Notes: generated from the sequence alone by a model not told the origin. A DNA stretch of 64,000 bases from Guillardia theta CCMP2712 (GCF_000315625.1 NW_005434668.1:242938-306937); one strand, 5' to 3'. Numbered from the stretch's first letter, positions 1-13,442 are shown. Program-made: numbers and translations.

Positions 1-1042
1 GGAAATCGCCATCAACCACCACGTCGATTACTTTGATCTTTATCTTGATCATCACTTCTCCAGAGGCATTCGCAGGGATCACAAACCGAAGCTTGTACCG
101 GTCATCCAGCCAAGATTCATTGTTGTACCTCTGGACGAGAGACTCGGGAGGGTTCGTATCTGGAATCCAACTTTTGAACTTCCCGTCGATTTCATATTGC
201 CGGTATTGGAAGATTTCACTGCTCTCAACAGGATAAAGGAAGTCCGGCTTTCCACTCGCATTCACAGGCAAATATTTACATAGAATTTCGACAACGATGG
301 GTATGCTCTCAACGGGACTCTGCTCCGAGTTGACTTCAAGTGGGGGAATGAACACAATCCTGTTCTGAAGTGATTCGTCGTAGAAGAGTGCATGACTTGA
401 GATCGTTTGGGATATCAACGTTTCTCCCACGTCCATTGTGGAGTTGAATCTCTCGGAACCTGCCAGGGCATCAAGGCCGGTGAAATACCACTGTCTCAAC
501 GAAAACAACCCTGTGTCCAATTGACGGATATCTGCGTTCATCATGTACTCAGGGAATTGAGAAGCAAAGATGTTCGGGAAGTCGGAGAGCGCGCACGTTG
601 TGGAGTTGGGAACGCAAGAAACATTGAACTGGGCATCCACTAAAGCAGTGAAAAAGGTAACGTTCAATGACCTTTCTTGAGTTACGCACGCAGACAAATC
701 TGAGACTATCGAAGCCGAAATGATGAATTGAAAGTTCCCTCCTATTCTTCCCCGTGAAAGTTTGAATTGCAAATCGCCATTGCCGTTCACTTCTGGCAAA
801 GTGGCGAACGAATCGAAAAAATTGACATTGCTGGAAACACATGAAATATTATACTTTACATCGAAGCCATGGGCATAGGTACTGTTGATATGTACATTGT
901 TGTTGAAGACTACCAACTCAGACGACCAGTTGAAGACAAGGTCGGTTTTCGCCAATGAGAAGAGGGATTCAGTCTGCGAGCATGTCGTACCGAAGGACCC
1001 AGGGGTGAAGAGACTGAGTAGAATGAGCGAGAATATCCTCAT
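1..1042 (-). CDS. Secreted beta-rich glycoprotein, 5' part; runs off the left edge (not in ORF track)
   Basis: Manual translation: ATG at 1042, MRIFSLILLSLFTPGSFG (signal-peptide-like), then an uninterrupted frame of ~347 codons to position 2 with several N-x-S/T sequons and an Ig/cadherin-like LPEVNGNGDLQFKL segment. Confidence 0.8.
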   Translation of the reverse strand, partial: MRIFSLILLSLFTPGSFGTTCSQTESLFSLAKTDLVFNWSSELVVFNNNVHINSTYAHGFDVKYNISCVSSNVNFFDSFATLPEVNGNGDLQFKLSRGRIGGNFQFIISASIVSDLSACVTQERSLNVTFFTALVDAQFNVSCVPNSTTCALSDFPNIFASQFPEYMMNADIRQLDTGLFSLRQWYFTGLDALAGSERFNSTMDVGETLISQTISSHALFYDESLQNRIVFIPPLEVNSEQSPVESIPIVVEILCKYLPVNASGKPDFLYPVESSEIFQYRQYEIDGKFKSWIPDTNPPESLVQRYNNESWLDDRYKLRFVIPANASGEVMIKIKIKVIDVVVDGDF

Positions 1043-1282
1043 CTTCTCTTGCAACTATCTCAATCCTTCCATTCCCTCTCTCGTTCGACCTTCCCCTCGC
1101 TTCAGTCCCCTCCCTCCCTCCCTCCTGCCGACATGACAAATGACAGGAAAGGCCACGCCTCACCACCCCTACCCATTTCTCTCCTTCCCACTACCCCTCA
1201 GTGATTTGATGGATCAGATTTTCAGACAGAGATGTGGGTAAATAATTATATTTGTGCCTCAAAATACTGAACTTCGTGTAAC

Positions 1283-1630
1283 TGGCCAGACCGGGCGGGC
1301 CCTGGCAGGGCCGTGAGCCTCCCAGTGAGGTCACCATCAACCCGGCCGGGCCGTCAAACCATCGGTGACAGTGGGCCCCTCAGTCACTCAGTATACCATT
1401 GGTGAGTTGCCAAGACTCCTTTACTCAAAGTTAAGTGAAAAGGCGCCAGTAGGAGGACCGTGCAATCAGGAGAGTCGAGCCTGAGGCTTGACTCGTGACC
1501 GGACCGTCGGACCCTGGAGGCGATCATCGGATTTCGGACGGCCCGGCCCGCACGGTCACTCAGGTGACCGTGCGGGCCGGGCGCCAAGTGACCGTGACCG
1601 TCGGACGGACTGAGTCCCCGCCGGGAGTTT
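1283..1630. promoter_or_regulatory. GC-rich intergenic island between divergent genes; carries 17-mer TTTACTCAAAGTTAAGT at 1420-1436
   Basis: Dense CCGG/GGCC/CAGT/GTGAC words, no credible ORF, lies between ATG 1042(-) and ATG 2078(+); the motif recurs in two other islands. Confidence 0.5.
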
Positions 1631-1903
1631 CCGAATCAATCGTAACGGTTTGATAACTGTCGGTCGTTTGATTTCAAATCTACACGCCACTGCCTGGCTA
1701 TGCTCCCCCTGCACATGAGCCCACAGAGCAGCCGTGCAAGGCGGGGGTATGGCGATGTCGTTGAAAAGATGCGACAAAGCTTGAAGAGATTGTGTTGAGC
1801 TTCACGTCTATGTCTCTCGTGATTTGCTCTCGATTTCATAGAGATATGGAAAGCAAGAGGTGTAATGCGAACAGCAAGCATGCTGACAGCAAACTCTGAA
1901 GTA

Positions 1904-1934
1904 GTTGTCCAACTTACAAGTTGTCCAACTTACA
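1904..1934 (+). repeat. 16-bp tandem duplication GTTGTCCAACTTACA(A) x2
   Basis: Seen directly; the core GTTGTCCAAC also occurs reverse-complemented at 13164-13173. Confidence 0.8.
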
Positions 1935-2077
1935 TGCGATGACAAGATTCCATACATTCATGATAATTTTCATCAAAATTTAGATAGTTGACAATGCGTG
2001 CAGGTTGAAGGCAAGTTGGGGAGTCAGAAGAAGGTTGAAGCTTCTGTCTACGGACAGAACAGCTTCATCAAGCAAGG

Positions 2078-5000
2078 ATGGTGAATGACAACGGAAAAGA
2101 TATATGGGGAGGGGACAAGAGCTCTGTCAGAGTTGCTGTCAGGGTGAGACTCTCATGATGTTGTCTTGTCTTCTTGCTCGGACTTATCTGCCCTTCACCA
2201 GGCACGACCCTTGTCAACGCGCGAGCGTGTTGAGGAGGCGTCGCCGTGCGTGCAAGCGCTCGATAAGGAGCAGATCAAGCTTGGAAGCAAGTACTTCACG
2301 TTTGATATGGTGTACGATGCCGACTCACAGCAAGAAATCATCTATGATGAATGTGTACGAGAGCTTGTCCGAGGATGTCTCAAGGGTTACAATGCCACTG
2401 TTCTTGCATACGGCCAGACAGGATCTGGAAAGACCTACACCATGGGCAGCACTAGCATTGACGCCATGCTTGAAGACGAACAAGGAATCATTCCAAGAGC
2501 AATCCGACAGCTCTTTGACGACATAAAAGAACAGAAGGTAAAACAGCCTGACGTTCAGTACAAGATCCACGTTTCTTTCCTGGAGATTTACAACGAAGAG
2601 ATCAAGGACCTGTTGGACAACCAGCCTCACCTCCACGGGAAACACAAGAACATCTCGCTGCGTGAAGGGCCCAACGGCAGCATCGTGGTGACTGGGGTGA
2701 CCGAAGAGCCTGTCGAGACCTGCGACGAGATGTTCCACTGCCTCGAGCGGGGGACAGTGTGCAGGAGCGTGGGGAGCACCTCGATGAACTCCGTCTCCTC
2801 CCGCTCGCATGCTATCTTCACGGTCACCATCGAGCAGAGCACTGACATGCAGTTTTCCGGCTCGGAGTCGGAGGGCGGGCAGGAGCCGCACGGCCCGTCG
2901 AGCATCACGAGCAAGTTCCACTTCGTAGACCTGGCAGGGTCTGAGCGGGCGAAGAGGACGCAGGCGGCAGGAGAGCGCTTGAAGGAGGGCATCAACATCA
3001 ACTACGGGCTGCTGGTACCTTCCCCCCTTCCCTGCTGGACCCTCTGGTGACACGTGGCAGGTGCTCGGGAACGTGATCAGCGCGTTGGGCGACGAGAGCA
3101 GGAAGGGGTCGCACGTGCCGTACAGGGACTCGAAGCTGACCCGCATGCTGCAAGACTCCATCGGAGGGAACAGCCGGACGTTGATGATCGCCTGCATCAG
3201 CCCGGCCGACAGCAACTTCGCCGAGAGCTACAACACGTTGGTGTACGCCAATAGAGCGAGGAACATCAAGAACAAGCCCGTGGTGAACAGAGACCCTCGT
3301 GAGGCCCAGCTAGAGGCCATGAAGGAGCAGATGCTGCGGCTGAAGTGCGAGCGAGACGCGGCCTTGAAGCAGGCGGGACTGTCCGTGCAAGACCTGCAGG
3401 GGCTGCTGCCGGAGGTAACGGGAGGCGAGCACATGGACATCGGAGTGGCGGATGAGACGGTGAAGGCGGAGCTGAAGAAGAGCCAGCAAGACAACGTGAG
3501 TGGCTGGGAGGAGGAGGAGGAGGAGGAGAAATAATTGGGTTGCAGGTGAAGCTCCTGCTGAAGCTCGAGAAGGCCGAGAACGACATGCAGCACGCAGTGA
3601 AGGAGGTGAGAGGAACGGCTTGCGTCTGCTGCTGTCTGACGTTCCGGCAGCTGGAGGCCAAGAAGGTTGAGATGGCTGAGGTAGAGTCTCACAGAGACAA
3701 GTTCCGCTTCCTCCTCGAGGAGCACACCGGGAAGCCCTTGGACGAGGCGGCAGAACATGGGCTGACGGTGGCAGCTGCTGCTGCGCGTGCTGCTGCGGTC
3801 CTGATCGCACTGCAGGTCCTGGAGGAGAAGGAGGAGAGGATCAAGAAGCTGGAGGCTGAGCTGCTGGAAACGAGGAGCGAGGTGGAGCTGCTGCGAGCTC
3901 AGAACAAGAAGCTGGAGCAGGACGTTCAGCGGGACCAGACGGTCTTCAGCGCCAAGATGAAGAAGATAGAAGCGCTGTCGAAGAAGAACAAGGCTCTGAA
4001 GCTGGAGAACCAGGGGCTGGCCCGTCTCTCCATGTCCCCTGCTGTGCATGCGGCGTTCTCTCCCTCCCCCGCGCAGAAGACGCCGCACGAGGAGGCGCAG
4101 GCGGAGACTCGAGACTCGCCGAACCTGATGGGAGACTTCAGGAAGAAGCTCGACGACCTTCTGAAACAGCACGAGGACAAGAGGAGGGAGGAGGAGCTGC
4201 CGGAGGAGCTCTGCCTGGACTCGGACGATGAGGGAGACGATCTGCCACCGCTCGAGACGGAGAGCTCGGAGGCTGTGCTGGCAGAGGAGGAGGAGAGGCG
4301 GTGGAGGCAGGGCTTGCTGCAGAAGGAGGTGGAGCTGAGGGATTGGACGGCCACCATCGACAGCAAGGAGAAGCTGCTAGAGCAGCTGATGAAGGAGAAG
4401 GCGGAGAACGAGAAGCTGAAGCAGGCGTACGAGGTGAGGATGCAGGCGTACGCGGAGGCAGTGAAGAGCGCGGAGCACGAGGCGCATACGGCGCTGGAGA
4501 AGTTGGAGAAGCTGAAGACTCAGGACGAGTCGGAGAAGGTGCGGCTGATGAAGGAACACCAGATGAGGGTGAAGGAGCTGGAGGCGAAGGTCTCTAAGCT
4601 GCGGACCGAGGAGAAGGGATACTCCCGCTGGATGCAGCAGCGCGATCGGGATCAGCAGAGAATCAACTCGCTGCAGCAGGAGATTGAGAAGGGCAAGCAG
4701 AGCAAGGCGGAGCTCGTCAGAAAGATGAAGGAAGACGAAACGAGGTGCCTCCTCCTCCTCCTCCCTCCTCCCTCCTTCCTATCCTTCCCATCCTCCTGAT
4801 GGCGTCTCCATCCCCTCCTCCTCCTGTCGAATGGCCCGCTTTCTCTCCTCCTGACCCTGTGGCAGGTACCGCGAGTGGCGCGAGAGGCACCACAAGGAAG
4901 TGCAGCAGCTGAAGAGGACGGCGCAGAAGGCGGAGTACACCATCAAGAAGCTGGAGCGGGAGAACGCGCACTTCAAGAGCGTCCTAAGGAGGAGGGAGGA

Positions 5001-6819
5001 GGAGCGGGCGGCGCAGCAGCGCAACAACCGGGAGATCGCCCTTGCTCATGCGCGGGTGGCGAAGGCGGAGAAGATCAGCGCGCCCGTGGTCTCCTCCTCA
5101 GTGATGGTGTCGCAGGGAGAAGGAGGGCGGCAGGGGCTGCAGATCAGGACGAGGTCGCAGGTGCCGATGAGCGAGAAGGTGGACAGGTTCAAGATGAATC
5201 GCGCCAAGACGCGTCTGAAGAACATGCTGGAGGAGTACGGGCAGCGAGGCAAGCTGCAGGCCGAGCTGTCTCGGCTCAAGGCAGACAACAAGCAGCTGGG
5301 GGCTGAGGTGAGGGAGGTGGTGGCGAGCCGAGACAAGCTGCAGTTGGAGCTCGAGAGGAAGACCGTCAGCGCGGGGAAACGGGCGCAGCCGGTGGAAGCC
5401 TGGGGAGAGCAGCGGGAGAGCAAGGACAGGACGTCGGAGATGTCGTCCTGCTCGTCGGCGGACGACCTGCAGGAGCAGATCGAGTTGCTCAACGAGGGGA
5501 TCGAGGAGAAGAACACGAGGATTGACTACAACAGGGAGAGGATCGCGCAGATAGACAGGAAGCTCAAGTCCCTTCCCGACTTCGAGTCCTCCTCCGGCCT
5601 CTGGGCAGACGACGATACTATGGAGGTGCCCGAGGCATACGCGCCCATCAAGGAGGCGAATGGAGCGGAGGCGAAGTTCCTGCTGCGCTTCCTGTTCAAG
5701 AAGGCCGCGCTGTTCCGTGAGTCGGACCTCCGGCACAGAGCCCAGATCGAGCTGCAGCGCATCGCGATCGAAGAGCAGAACAGGGAGAAGGAGAAGGCGG
5801 TGGGAGCGCTGAGGAGAGCCCAGCTGCAGTTCGAGAACCGATGCGTCCAGCTGCAGTCCATGCACGAGGAGAAGTGCCTGCTGCTCTACTCCAAGGTGAA
5901 CGAGGAGGGAGAGGGAGAGGGCGAGGAGGGAGGGAGGAAGGTCACCCCAGACAAGCTGCTGCCTCCGAGCACGCCGGGCGGGATGCAGGCGGAGAACTTG
6001 AGGGACATCATGAGGATGAGGAACGAGGAGCTGGCGCTGCTGAGGAACATGAACGAGAACCTGCGGGAGAAGAACGAAGACTACGCGAGGAAGCTCGAGC
6101 AGGTCGAGCGGGAGCTCTCCAAGGACACCGTGATCAGCATGCCAACCGCCATCGACCAGCCGTCGGAGGCCGTGAAGGCTCTGTCGGAGAAGCTGACCAG
6201 CCTCAAGAAGGTGATTCAGAAGGCGAGGAAGGAGAGCGACGAGGGTCTGGGACAGGAGGAGGGAGCAGAGCTGGAGGTGCTGGAGGTGCTGGAGGTAGGA
6301 GGCATGCAGCTCAGCAAGCAGACGGTAAGAGATGTCCTGCCCGCCTTGCCTGAGTGCTCGAGCAGGTTGGAGAGCAGGAGGAGAAGGCGGAGGGGACGAA
6401 CCCCAGCAGAGACTTTAAGATCAACGTGTTTGACAGGCTGACAGCCCAGCGCAACAAGGTGGGGCAGAGCAAGTACAAGAGGTTGGAGAGGATCAAAGTG
6501 AAGCTGCGGACGGCCCCGGCCTTCTTCGACTGGCTCGATGTCTGCAAGGAAAGGATCGAGAGCCTTCGGTTGAGAAGCCACGATGAGGCCGATAAGGAGA
6601 ACCTCCTGCGCGCCAGGATCATGGTGAGGAGCAGGTGGGGGGAGCTGCCCAGCTGACGGCTGGCAGGGTCAACTCGACAAGCACGGCCAAGGAGGGGAGG
6701 AGGGCGAGCACGGGAGGGAAGCCTTCGGGACCCCCCGGGTTGACGTCTTCGACCGTCTGCAGGATCCTCGCTCCTACACGGGGATCTGCCGGAGGACCAA
6801 CGTCAACGCGCTGCTGTGA
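2078..6819 (+). CDS. Kinesin-4 family motor (KIF4/KIF21/KIF27-like), multi-exon, long coiled-coil stalk
   Basis: SVRVAVR|ARP after splicing, [14 protein letters not shown]-loop, [64 protein letters not shown]; short GT-AG introns join the ORF fragments; last exon 6667-6819 ends in TGA. Confidence 0.92.
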
Positions 6820-7048
6820 GACTTGGGACGTCCTGCCCCTGTCGAGAGACTGACGAGTCGCAGGAGCTCCACCAACAAGCCCCCAGCTGACACCAAGCTC
6901 AGCTCTGCGATGAAAACTCCGAGACAACCAAGATTCGAGACTCCCGTCCGCCCGCAGAGCTCTTCCTCATAAATACTAACTAGGTGATAATGACTTAAGC
7001 CGCATGCCAATGCACTAAGATGATACTCTCCTCCTTCCCCTGCTCCCA

Positions 7049-10000
7049 TCAGAGGCCGTAGATCCTTGCAAACCCCGGCAGACGATCTTTGAGAAGAGGC
7101 CGAAGAACTTCCAGCACACCCTCGGCTACTGCCGGCTGCAGTGTTTGCATGAAGTTCTGCAGTTTGCGCACACAGCGATCATGTACAGCTCGCTGATATT
7201 GCTGTATGCTCGTCAGTCACACTGGCAACTCCAGCTGAGCTTCACCTCGGAGGTGCCGAAGAACACGTCTGCTCCTGCTGGCTTCTCCACGCAGTTGGCA
7301 ACATGATGATGAGCGTCCTGGTCCCGAGGGATCACGACCAGACAGACCGCATGCGGCTCTCACCGCTCCGCAGTCCAACCCGCACCACGCGCATATCGCA
7401 ACACCACACCTGAGGCATCTGCAGGAGGTATGAGAACCGTAACCTGATACCCGGACGGTCACCGGAGAGCAAAGCATCCCTCGAAGTCATAGTAGACTTG
7501 CCGGCAGGAGGGGTTCGGGCACCTGTAGCCTCAGTCAGCCTCTCCTGCTCCTCCCCGACGAGCTCAGGCACCTGGTCTGTAAGATGTCCTCCTCGATGTG
7601 AGTCCTTGCAGCCAGGACATGCCTCTGCTTCTCCTCCATCAGCAGCAGCCTCTTCAGCTCTGCCTCCATCTGCTTCTGCATCTCTTCTTCGATCTCCAAC
7701 CTCCTCTGCGACTCCAGCAGATCCAGCCGAGCGGAGAGGTACCTGAGGACGAGGGTGAGAGTTGGGCCCTCTCCTCCTCCATCCCTCCGGGAGGATATGC
7801 AGCGCGTGCCTTTCGAAGGTCTTGTGCGAAAGTCGGGCGGCAAGGGCCCCATCGGTGAAAGCAGCACTCTTACACGACATCGGATAGCAGGGGCAGAATA
7901 TCTTCAACGAGCGTCAGGGGATGTGAGAGTTCTTGGAAGAGACAACGACCTTGCCCTCCCTCGCCTCCCGCTGGCGCAGCTCTGATGCACCCATCTCCTG
8001 CACATACGATGCCAGACACCATCTGCAAGACCTCACTTCGTCTCGGTCGACTCGAAGCCCCTCAGCTCACCTGCAAGTGAAGTGTCCTTCCTGACATTCA
8101 ATGCCGACCTCTAAGGAGAGGTTGCGATCTACACATTGATCGCTCGCTCCGATACAACACGCGTGGGTCTGCACGCACAGCATCACTCAGTTGGTCAGCT
8201 CATTGTCAAGCTCGTTCTGGAGACCTTCTCCTGGCATTTTGAGGTCACGGACAGAAAGAAGGGATGCTTGAGCGCGTCCTTGGCTGACAGTCTCTCTCTC
8301 ACAACCGCGGTTCTCAGACCGCTGATCAGATCTTGCAGACACTGAAGGTCGGAGTGACTGTCGCAATCGAACTGGTTCATCTCCTCATGGGAGATGACTT
8401 CATCTGCCTTCAGCTCGCTCGGCTCTTCCTTGTGCTCGTCCACCTCACTCGGCTGTTCAAGGCAAGCATTGAGAACGACCTGGCAGCAATCGATCAGCAG
8501 GAGGCGATCGATTTGAAGGGTTCGTGACCTCAAGCGCTATCGTTTGTCCATACGCGTACATGTCGGTTGCCTTGGACGAGCCCGTCTCAAACAGTTCCGG
8601 TGCTTCAAAACCTGAAGCGAAATCAACTTGGGCGTCACTGCTTCGGCAATCAGTCTGCCTTGAGTGAATCCGACATATGTGGAAATCCTCTTGGCATATT
8701 GGACCGAAACTCTTGCGTTACAATCGACAGAGATGTCAAAGTCTGCGAGTCTCTGAAGAGATTTCAGTTGTCCCAATAAGAATGGTCCGAGAGAACAAAC
8801 TCACTGCTCTTTCTTCTGCTCCGATCAAGATGTTCGCGGGTTTCACGTCGCAGTGAACCACATTATTGTCATGGAGGTGCTCCAACGCCATCAACACGTC
8901 AAGCAAAGCACGACGAACACTCAAATATCTACGTTGTGATGGACAGCAACGTAAACTACAGCAAAGTACAATGTAAATCGGATACTCACCTAGGGTCATG
9001 ATGTCGAATCCAAGCATCCAGAGGGCCAAAGTGATAGAAAGGCATCTGGATGAAGATCGAGTGACGAGTGGGTTCAGATTCTTCGAAGACGGATATGATC
9101 TCAGCAATGGCTGGGTGTCTGCAACGACATCGCGTCGTCAGGAACAGTTCCCTTGCTACAGACTTACCTCAGTCTTCGTAAGAGCGCCGCTTCACGCATG
9201 CATGTTCTCAGAGACCCTTCATCATGAAGCATGAATTCCTTTATCGCGTACATCTTCCCATCCTGGAATTCGAACTCAACCTCAAGCAACAGCAGAGCTT
9301 CTACTCACCTCAAGGACCTGATACACGCGATGCCTTGACTCCGTCTCAATGATGGAGCAACTCTCAAAGTACGAGAGAGACTTTGATGGTTGCCACACTG
9401 GCATCAGCTCCTTTGGTAGGCCGGCTCTGAGATGACGAACAACCTCTGGAAAGTCATCTGAAAACAACTTTCAAAACCCCGTCGATGAGCAATCACGATT
9501 ACAGGAAGATTTCGTCAATTCTTCAATGGCATTTTCGACGGCTCTTGCGGCATCATGTGCTAAACGTCTCTTTGAAGCGACATCGGCTCGGAGCTCATCT
9601 AGGTCCAGACCTCGTCTCATCGCTCGTTTTCCTTTAGTTTTGAGAATCGCTTCCTCCAACTCTTCGTTTGCAATCTTTAAATGTACGTCATGGAGCTGTT
9701 TCAATCGCATGATACATACTTCGTATTGCTCCTGCACGTCTCTGATCTTGACGATCGCGTCTTGCTTCCTTTTGACAACAGATCCGTCTGGATCTGCCAC
9801 TGATTGATGCAGTTTCAGCTCCTGCATAAATGAAGAGCATGCTGAATATATCAGATTCAGAATTTCCTGTGATATGATATCAATGACAGATCAAAGAGGA
9901 CGAGGACCATTACCAGCTTGGCGTTTAAAATCCCATGAAGAAAATCTCCAGCTGAAAACAAAATAGTAGAAGGAAATATGGATATAAGGTCTTTTCGCAA

Positions 10001-12709
10001 CACACTACGTTCGTCATCAATCAAGGTTCCTGCTCTCTCCAACGCCATTTGTATTGCTCCATCTGCACTCCTTGAGGACTCATGCCCGGGCAAGCTTGAA
10101 TTCAATTCGAGATTCTCCATAAAAGAAGTGGCACTGCATTGCGAAGAGGACGATGTGTGTTCCTTGTTTGAAAGCCTAGTGCTCACATTGTTTAGTTCAG
10201 ACGTTGCTTCATCTGTCAGTTCATTTGTTGAGTCATTGTCGCTTTGACTGCAGTTCGTCACGATACAAGGTTCACTGCAACTCGTCAAGTCATTGTCACA
10301 ATCTCCGCTCTTCATATTTTCAGACTTGTCGTCTTCATTTGATCCAGGTTTTCCATTGCAGTCACAGTTTGTAGCCTTGGGAAAAAGCAAATTGTTGCTG
10401 GGCTCATAAGGGAGCAACGTGGATAATGCTTGGGTACTTTGAGATTCCTCATTCAGGCTCATCAAAGCAATAGCATTCTGCGCTATTGTAGTTTCCAGCA
10501 TCTGAATTGCTTCATCCGTATTTCCTGCAATTTGGTCCAACGCACACACCTGATTCAAAGAATGTCACATACTCAACTTGAATGAGATTTCCTGTATACC
10601 TTGCACCATTCCTCGTAAGCTTCAATTGCCTCAATCGCTATGCGATTCGAAAAACTAATCTCATGATTGGATTTCTCTCCCATACCACTCAACATCACCC
10701 CTAGGGTTTTATCATGTCATCAAATCTGTACAACTTTCTTCCAATCACCTGCTTCCATCCAGGCAGCTCGCACCGCAGAATAATGGTCCATTCCATCTCG
10801 GGCCTGCATCATTGCCTGTTTTCCAATTTCAATTAAGCTTCAACAGATTTCAGTGTACGAGTGTACTTTGACAAGGTGAAATCTTCGTGTATCTGCCCGA
10901 ACTATACGGCGCCTGATGACATCAGCTACTATACTAACATCGGTTTGTGCCTCCACTTGATCAGGTTCATCTTCTTCATTCTCAATCAGTCTCAGAAGCT
11001 TTTGAATGGCCTCATTCAAAACCTTTCAGCACAAGAATCACCAAACTCATCTCCCTTCAACTTAGAATATGCATCACCTCGCAAAGACGAATGCGACCAT
11101 TGTCTCTCTCGTTCACAACAGACTCCAACTCCAGGTGAGCTGCTTTGCTCTCGGTCAAACTTGCAATTGATCTTGTCCTCTTCTGAAGCTCGTTGAAACG
11201 ATGTCTTTCTTGGGTAACAAATTGCTTGATCTCGTCTATAGAAGTTGACATGTGATCATCGAGGAAACTATGCTGAAAATCTGATCTATCCAACAAAATG
11301 CTCTCGCCCCTCAAGCATTCAACCAGATCAAGAAACCCAGATGTGTAACATAGCTGTCTTCGTTGGAGATTGCTCGAGCGCTCATTCCTGACTGAGTGAT
11401 ATGATGCCCGGAACTGCTGTATAGCGGCAACAAGATTACTAGCTTGTGCACTTGCTGTACCTTCAACTTGAATAGATTTGTCCGAAGACTGCAAGAAACT
11501 TCATTCCTTTTTCGCATATCTGAGTATCGTTACCTGCAAACACGAGCGGACAGATCTCCAAGGCTTGATATCCCATCCATCCGCGAGAGAGAGCCTTTTC
11601 AACGGGCCATTCCCAGCATACCATACTTGCAGCAGCTCCTAAGCATTTTTGTATGAGGATTCATACGAGTAGCAAGCAAAAGGCACCTCTCGCAAAGCAA
11701 GAGCACGTTCGTGTCCATCCACGTTCGAAGGTCGAAGAAAGGAGTACATTGGTGACTCGAGGTCAAAGGCAATATCCAATGAGTCAAGTAATTGAAGTGA
11801 GCCGTGCTGCATCGAGGCAAGCACCAATTTGACTGCGCTAAGAAGCACTGTTCGAAAGAAAGGAGTTTGATCGGCTTTTCAATGCTTAGTCGGCTTTGTA
11901 GTTTCAGGTGCATCGAGAATACCTGCATTTTGTTGCCTTCTGTTTTCGCCACACCAGTCTATAGTATGAGCTTAGTTGTGCTGGCAGAGAAAATCTTTTG
12001 CAGACCATCCCATGCAGACGAAGCTCCCAAAATGGCTGTTGAGCCTTTGCCGCAAAAGACAAGCAAGGCCATCTGAACATGCCGCAGGGCAAAATCCCTA
12101 AGACGTAAATCAAATCATTTTGGAATAATAAATAATAAGAGGCTTCGATTCTTCGAAAACCTGGATTTCTTGGACTGTATGTTGTTCACTGCAGCCTCGA
12201 AGGCGATTGCATAATCGGAAAAGTTCACGATCTGGCCGGCCTGCGCGACCTGGACCATGATATCATGGGTATGGTATAGTGCATACGTGTTCAATATCAT
12301 GAGATAGATGACCTTGAGGAAAGCGGCTTCCATGGCTTCACCACCGTAATCCACCATGAAACCTACGTAAAACGTATTACTCAAAATTTTCTCAAACACT
12401 TTACTGGTGTTCTTACTGACCGTTTGCCCTTGTAATTTCACACCAACAATGCAACGGATGATGAAAAGAAGTAGCACATGATCTTTTCTATCTGTTCTCA
12501 ACAATCTCAATGTTTCAAGTTGCGGCAGCGATCGGATACCAAAACATTTTTCTTGTTATCAGTCGACCCGACAAACCGAGCCTTCAAAATCTATCCTACT
12601 AGATGGACCAAACGCAATCTTGTTGTTTCAAATTTTGTAATAACACTTGAGAACATGAAATAATATTTCGAGTCTGAATTCCATGTTCTGTAGTTTTGAA
12701 AACTTCCAT
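7049..12709 (-). CDS. Large multi-exon protein: helical/coiled-coil N-terminus + protein kinase + C-terminal RING/IBR (RBR-like) zinc fingers; start codon approximate
   Basis: Kinase motifs YAIKE, REAALLRRL, HCDVKPANIL, LADFDIS, RLSAKDALKHPFF (about 9300-8250); then CCIGASDQC...IECQEGHFTC..CL...CP and CPSCRQVYYDFEGCFAL..C..CGVAICAWC..DC..DAHHHVANC; stop TGA at 7049-7051. Joining of the upstream exons (9500-12700) is inferred. Confidence 0.75.
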
Positions 12710-12749
12710 CAGTATTTCAAAGAAAAATAATATGCTAGGTGACAATTTC

Positions 12750-13350
12750 AGTGACCCCCTGAACCGCGAGAGACACCGTGACTGACCGTACTCTCGTACT
12801 GATTTTTAACTTAACTTTGAGTAAACGGACTCGGGTCCGCGGCTGCCACCGGCGTAGTGTGTGAGTCATGCACACCCGGCGTGTGGCACTGGCAACAGTG
12901 GCCAAACGGCGTCTTGACTAGCCGCGCGCCTACTACCGTAGCCGGGCAGTCCGGGACGCTGATCAGCGGCCATACTGGCGGTAGCGACCTGTGCCAGTGC
13001 CTTCAGCGGCCGCACCACGCAGCTCCCGAGTACGGTCACGAGCTGAGCTAGCCGCGCCAGAGTACCGTACCGGGTCCGGGCTGGGGACTCGGGAGCCTGG
13101 GCCGTGTGGCCGGGCCTGCCGGACTCGGAGAGCCTCGGAGTCACCGTGGCACCGTCACGGTGGGTTGGACAACTGTTCATTAGAAAGTTTCAAAGCCGCT
13201 CAGTGATCCGGGACTCGATGCGGCAGTGTGCCATGATGATCAGCGGACCGGGCCGCCGGACAGGCTCGGAGGCCGCCGGGAGGCCTGAGGGCCGGGCGGC
13301 GGTGCACTGGGCCTGGGGGGCCCGGAGTCCGAGCCTGCCGGGCCGCGGTC
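12750..13350. promoter_or_regulatory. GC-rich intergenic island between divergent genes; 17-mer on the minus strand at 12809-12825
   Basis: ACTTAACTTTGAGTAAA is the reverse complement of the motif at 1420 and 31427; same word composition as the other islands. Confidence 0.5.
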
Positions 13351-13442
13351 ATAATAGATTTGGGCAGGAAATAGTGTGATAGCAGAAGAGGTGCTGTCTT
13401 CCAGACGTGGGGGCGCAAGTGGGGGAATTTTTCAGGGCAAAC

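Noticed and set aside
2325-5865. Long antisense ORFs over the kinesin gene
   Set aside because: Shadow frames of GC-rich, biased codon usage; no domain signal.
12857-13418. Short ORFs in the GC-rich islands (also 1384-1777 and 17817-18286)
   Set aside because: Low-complexity Arg/Gly/Pro translations expected from stop-poor GC-rich non-coding DNA.
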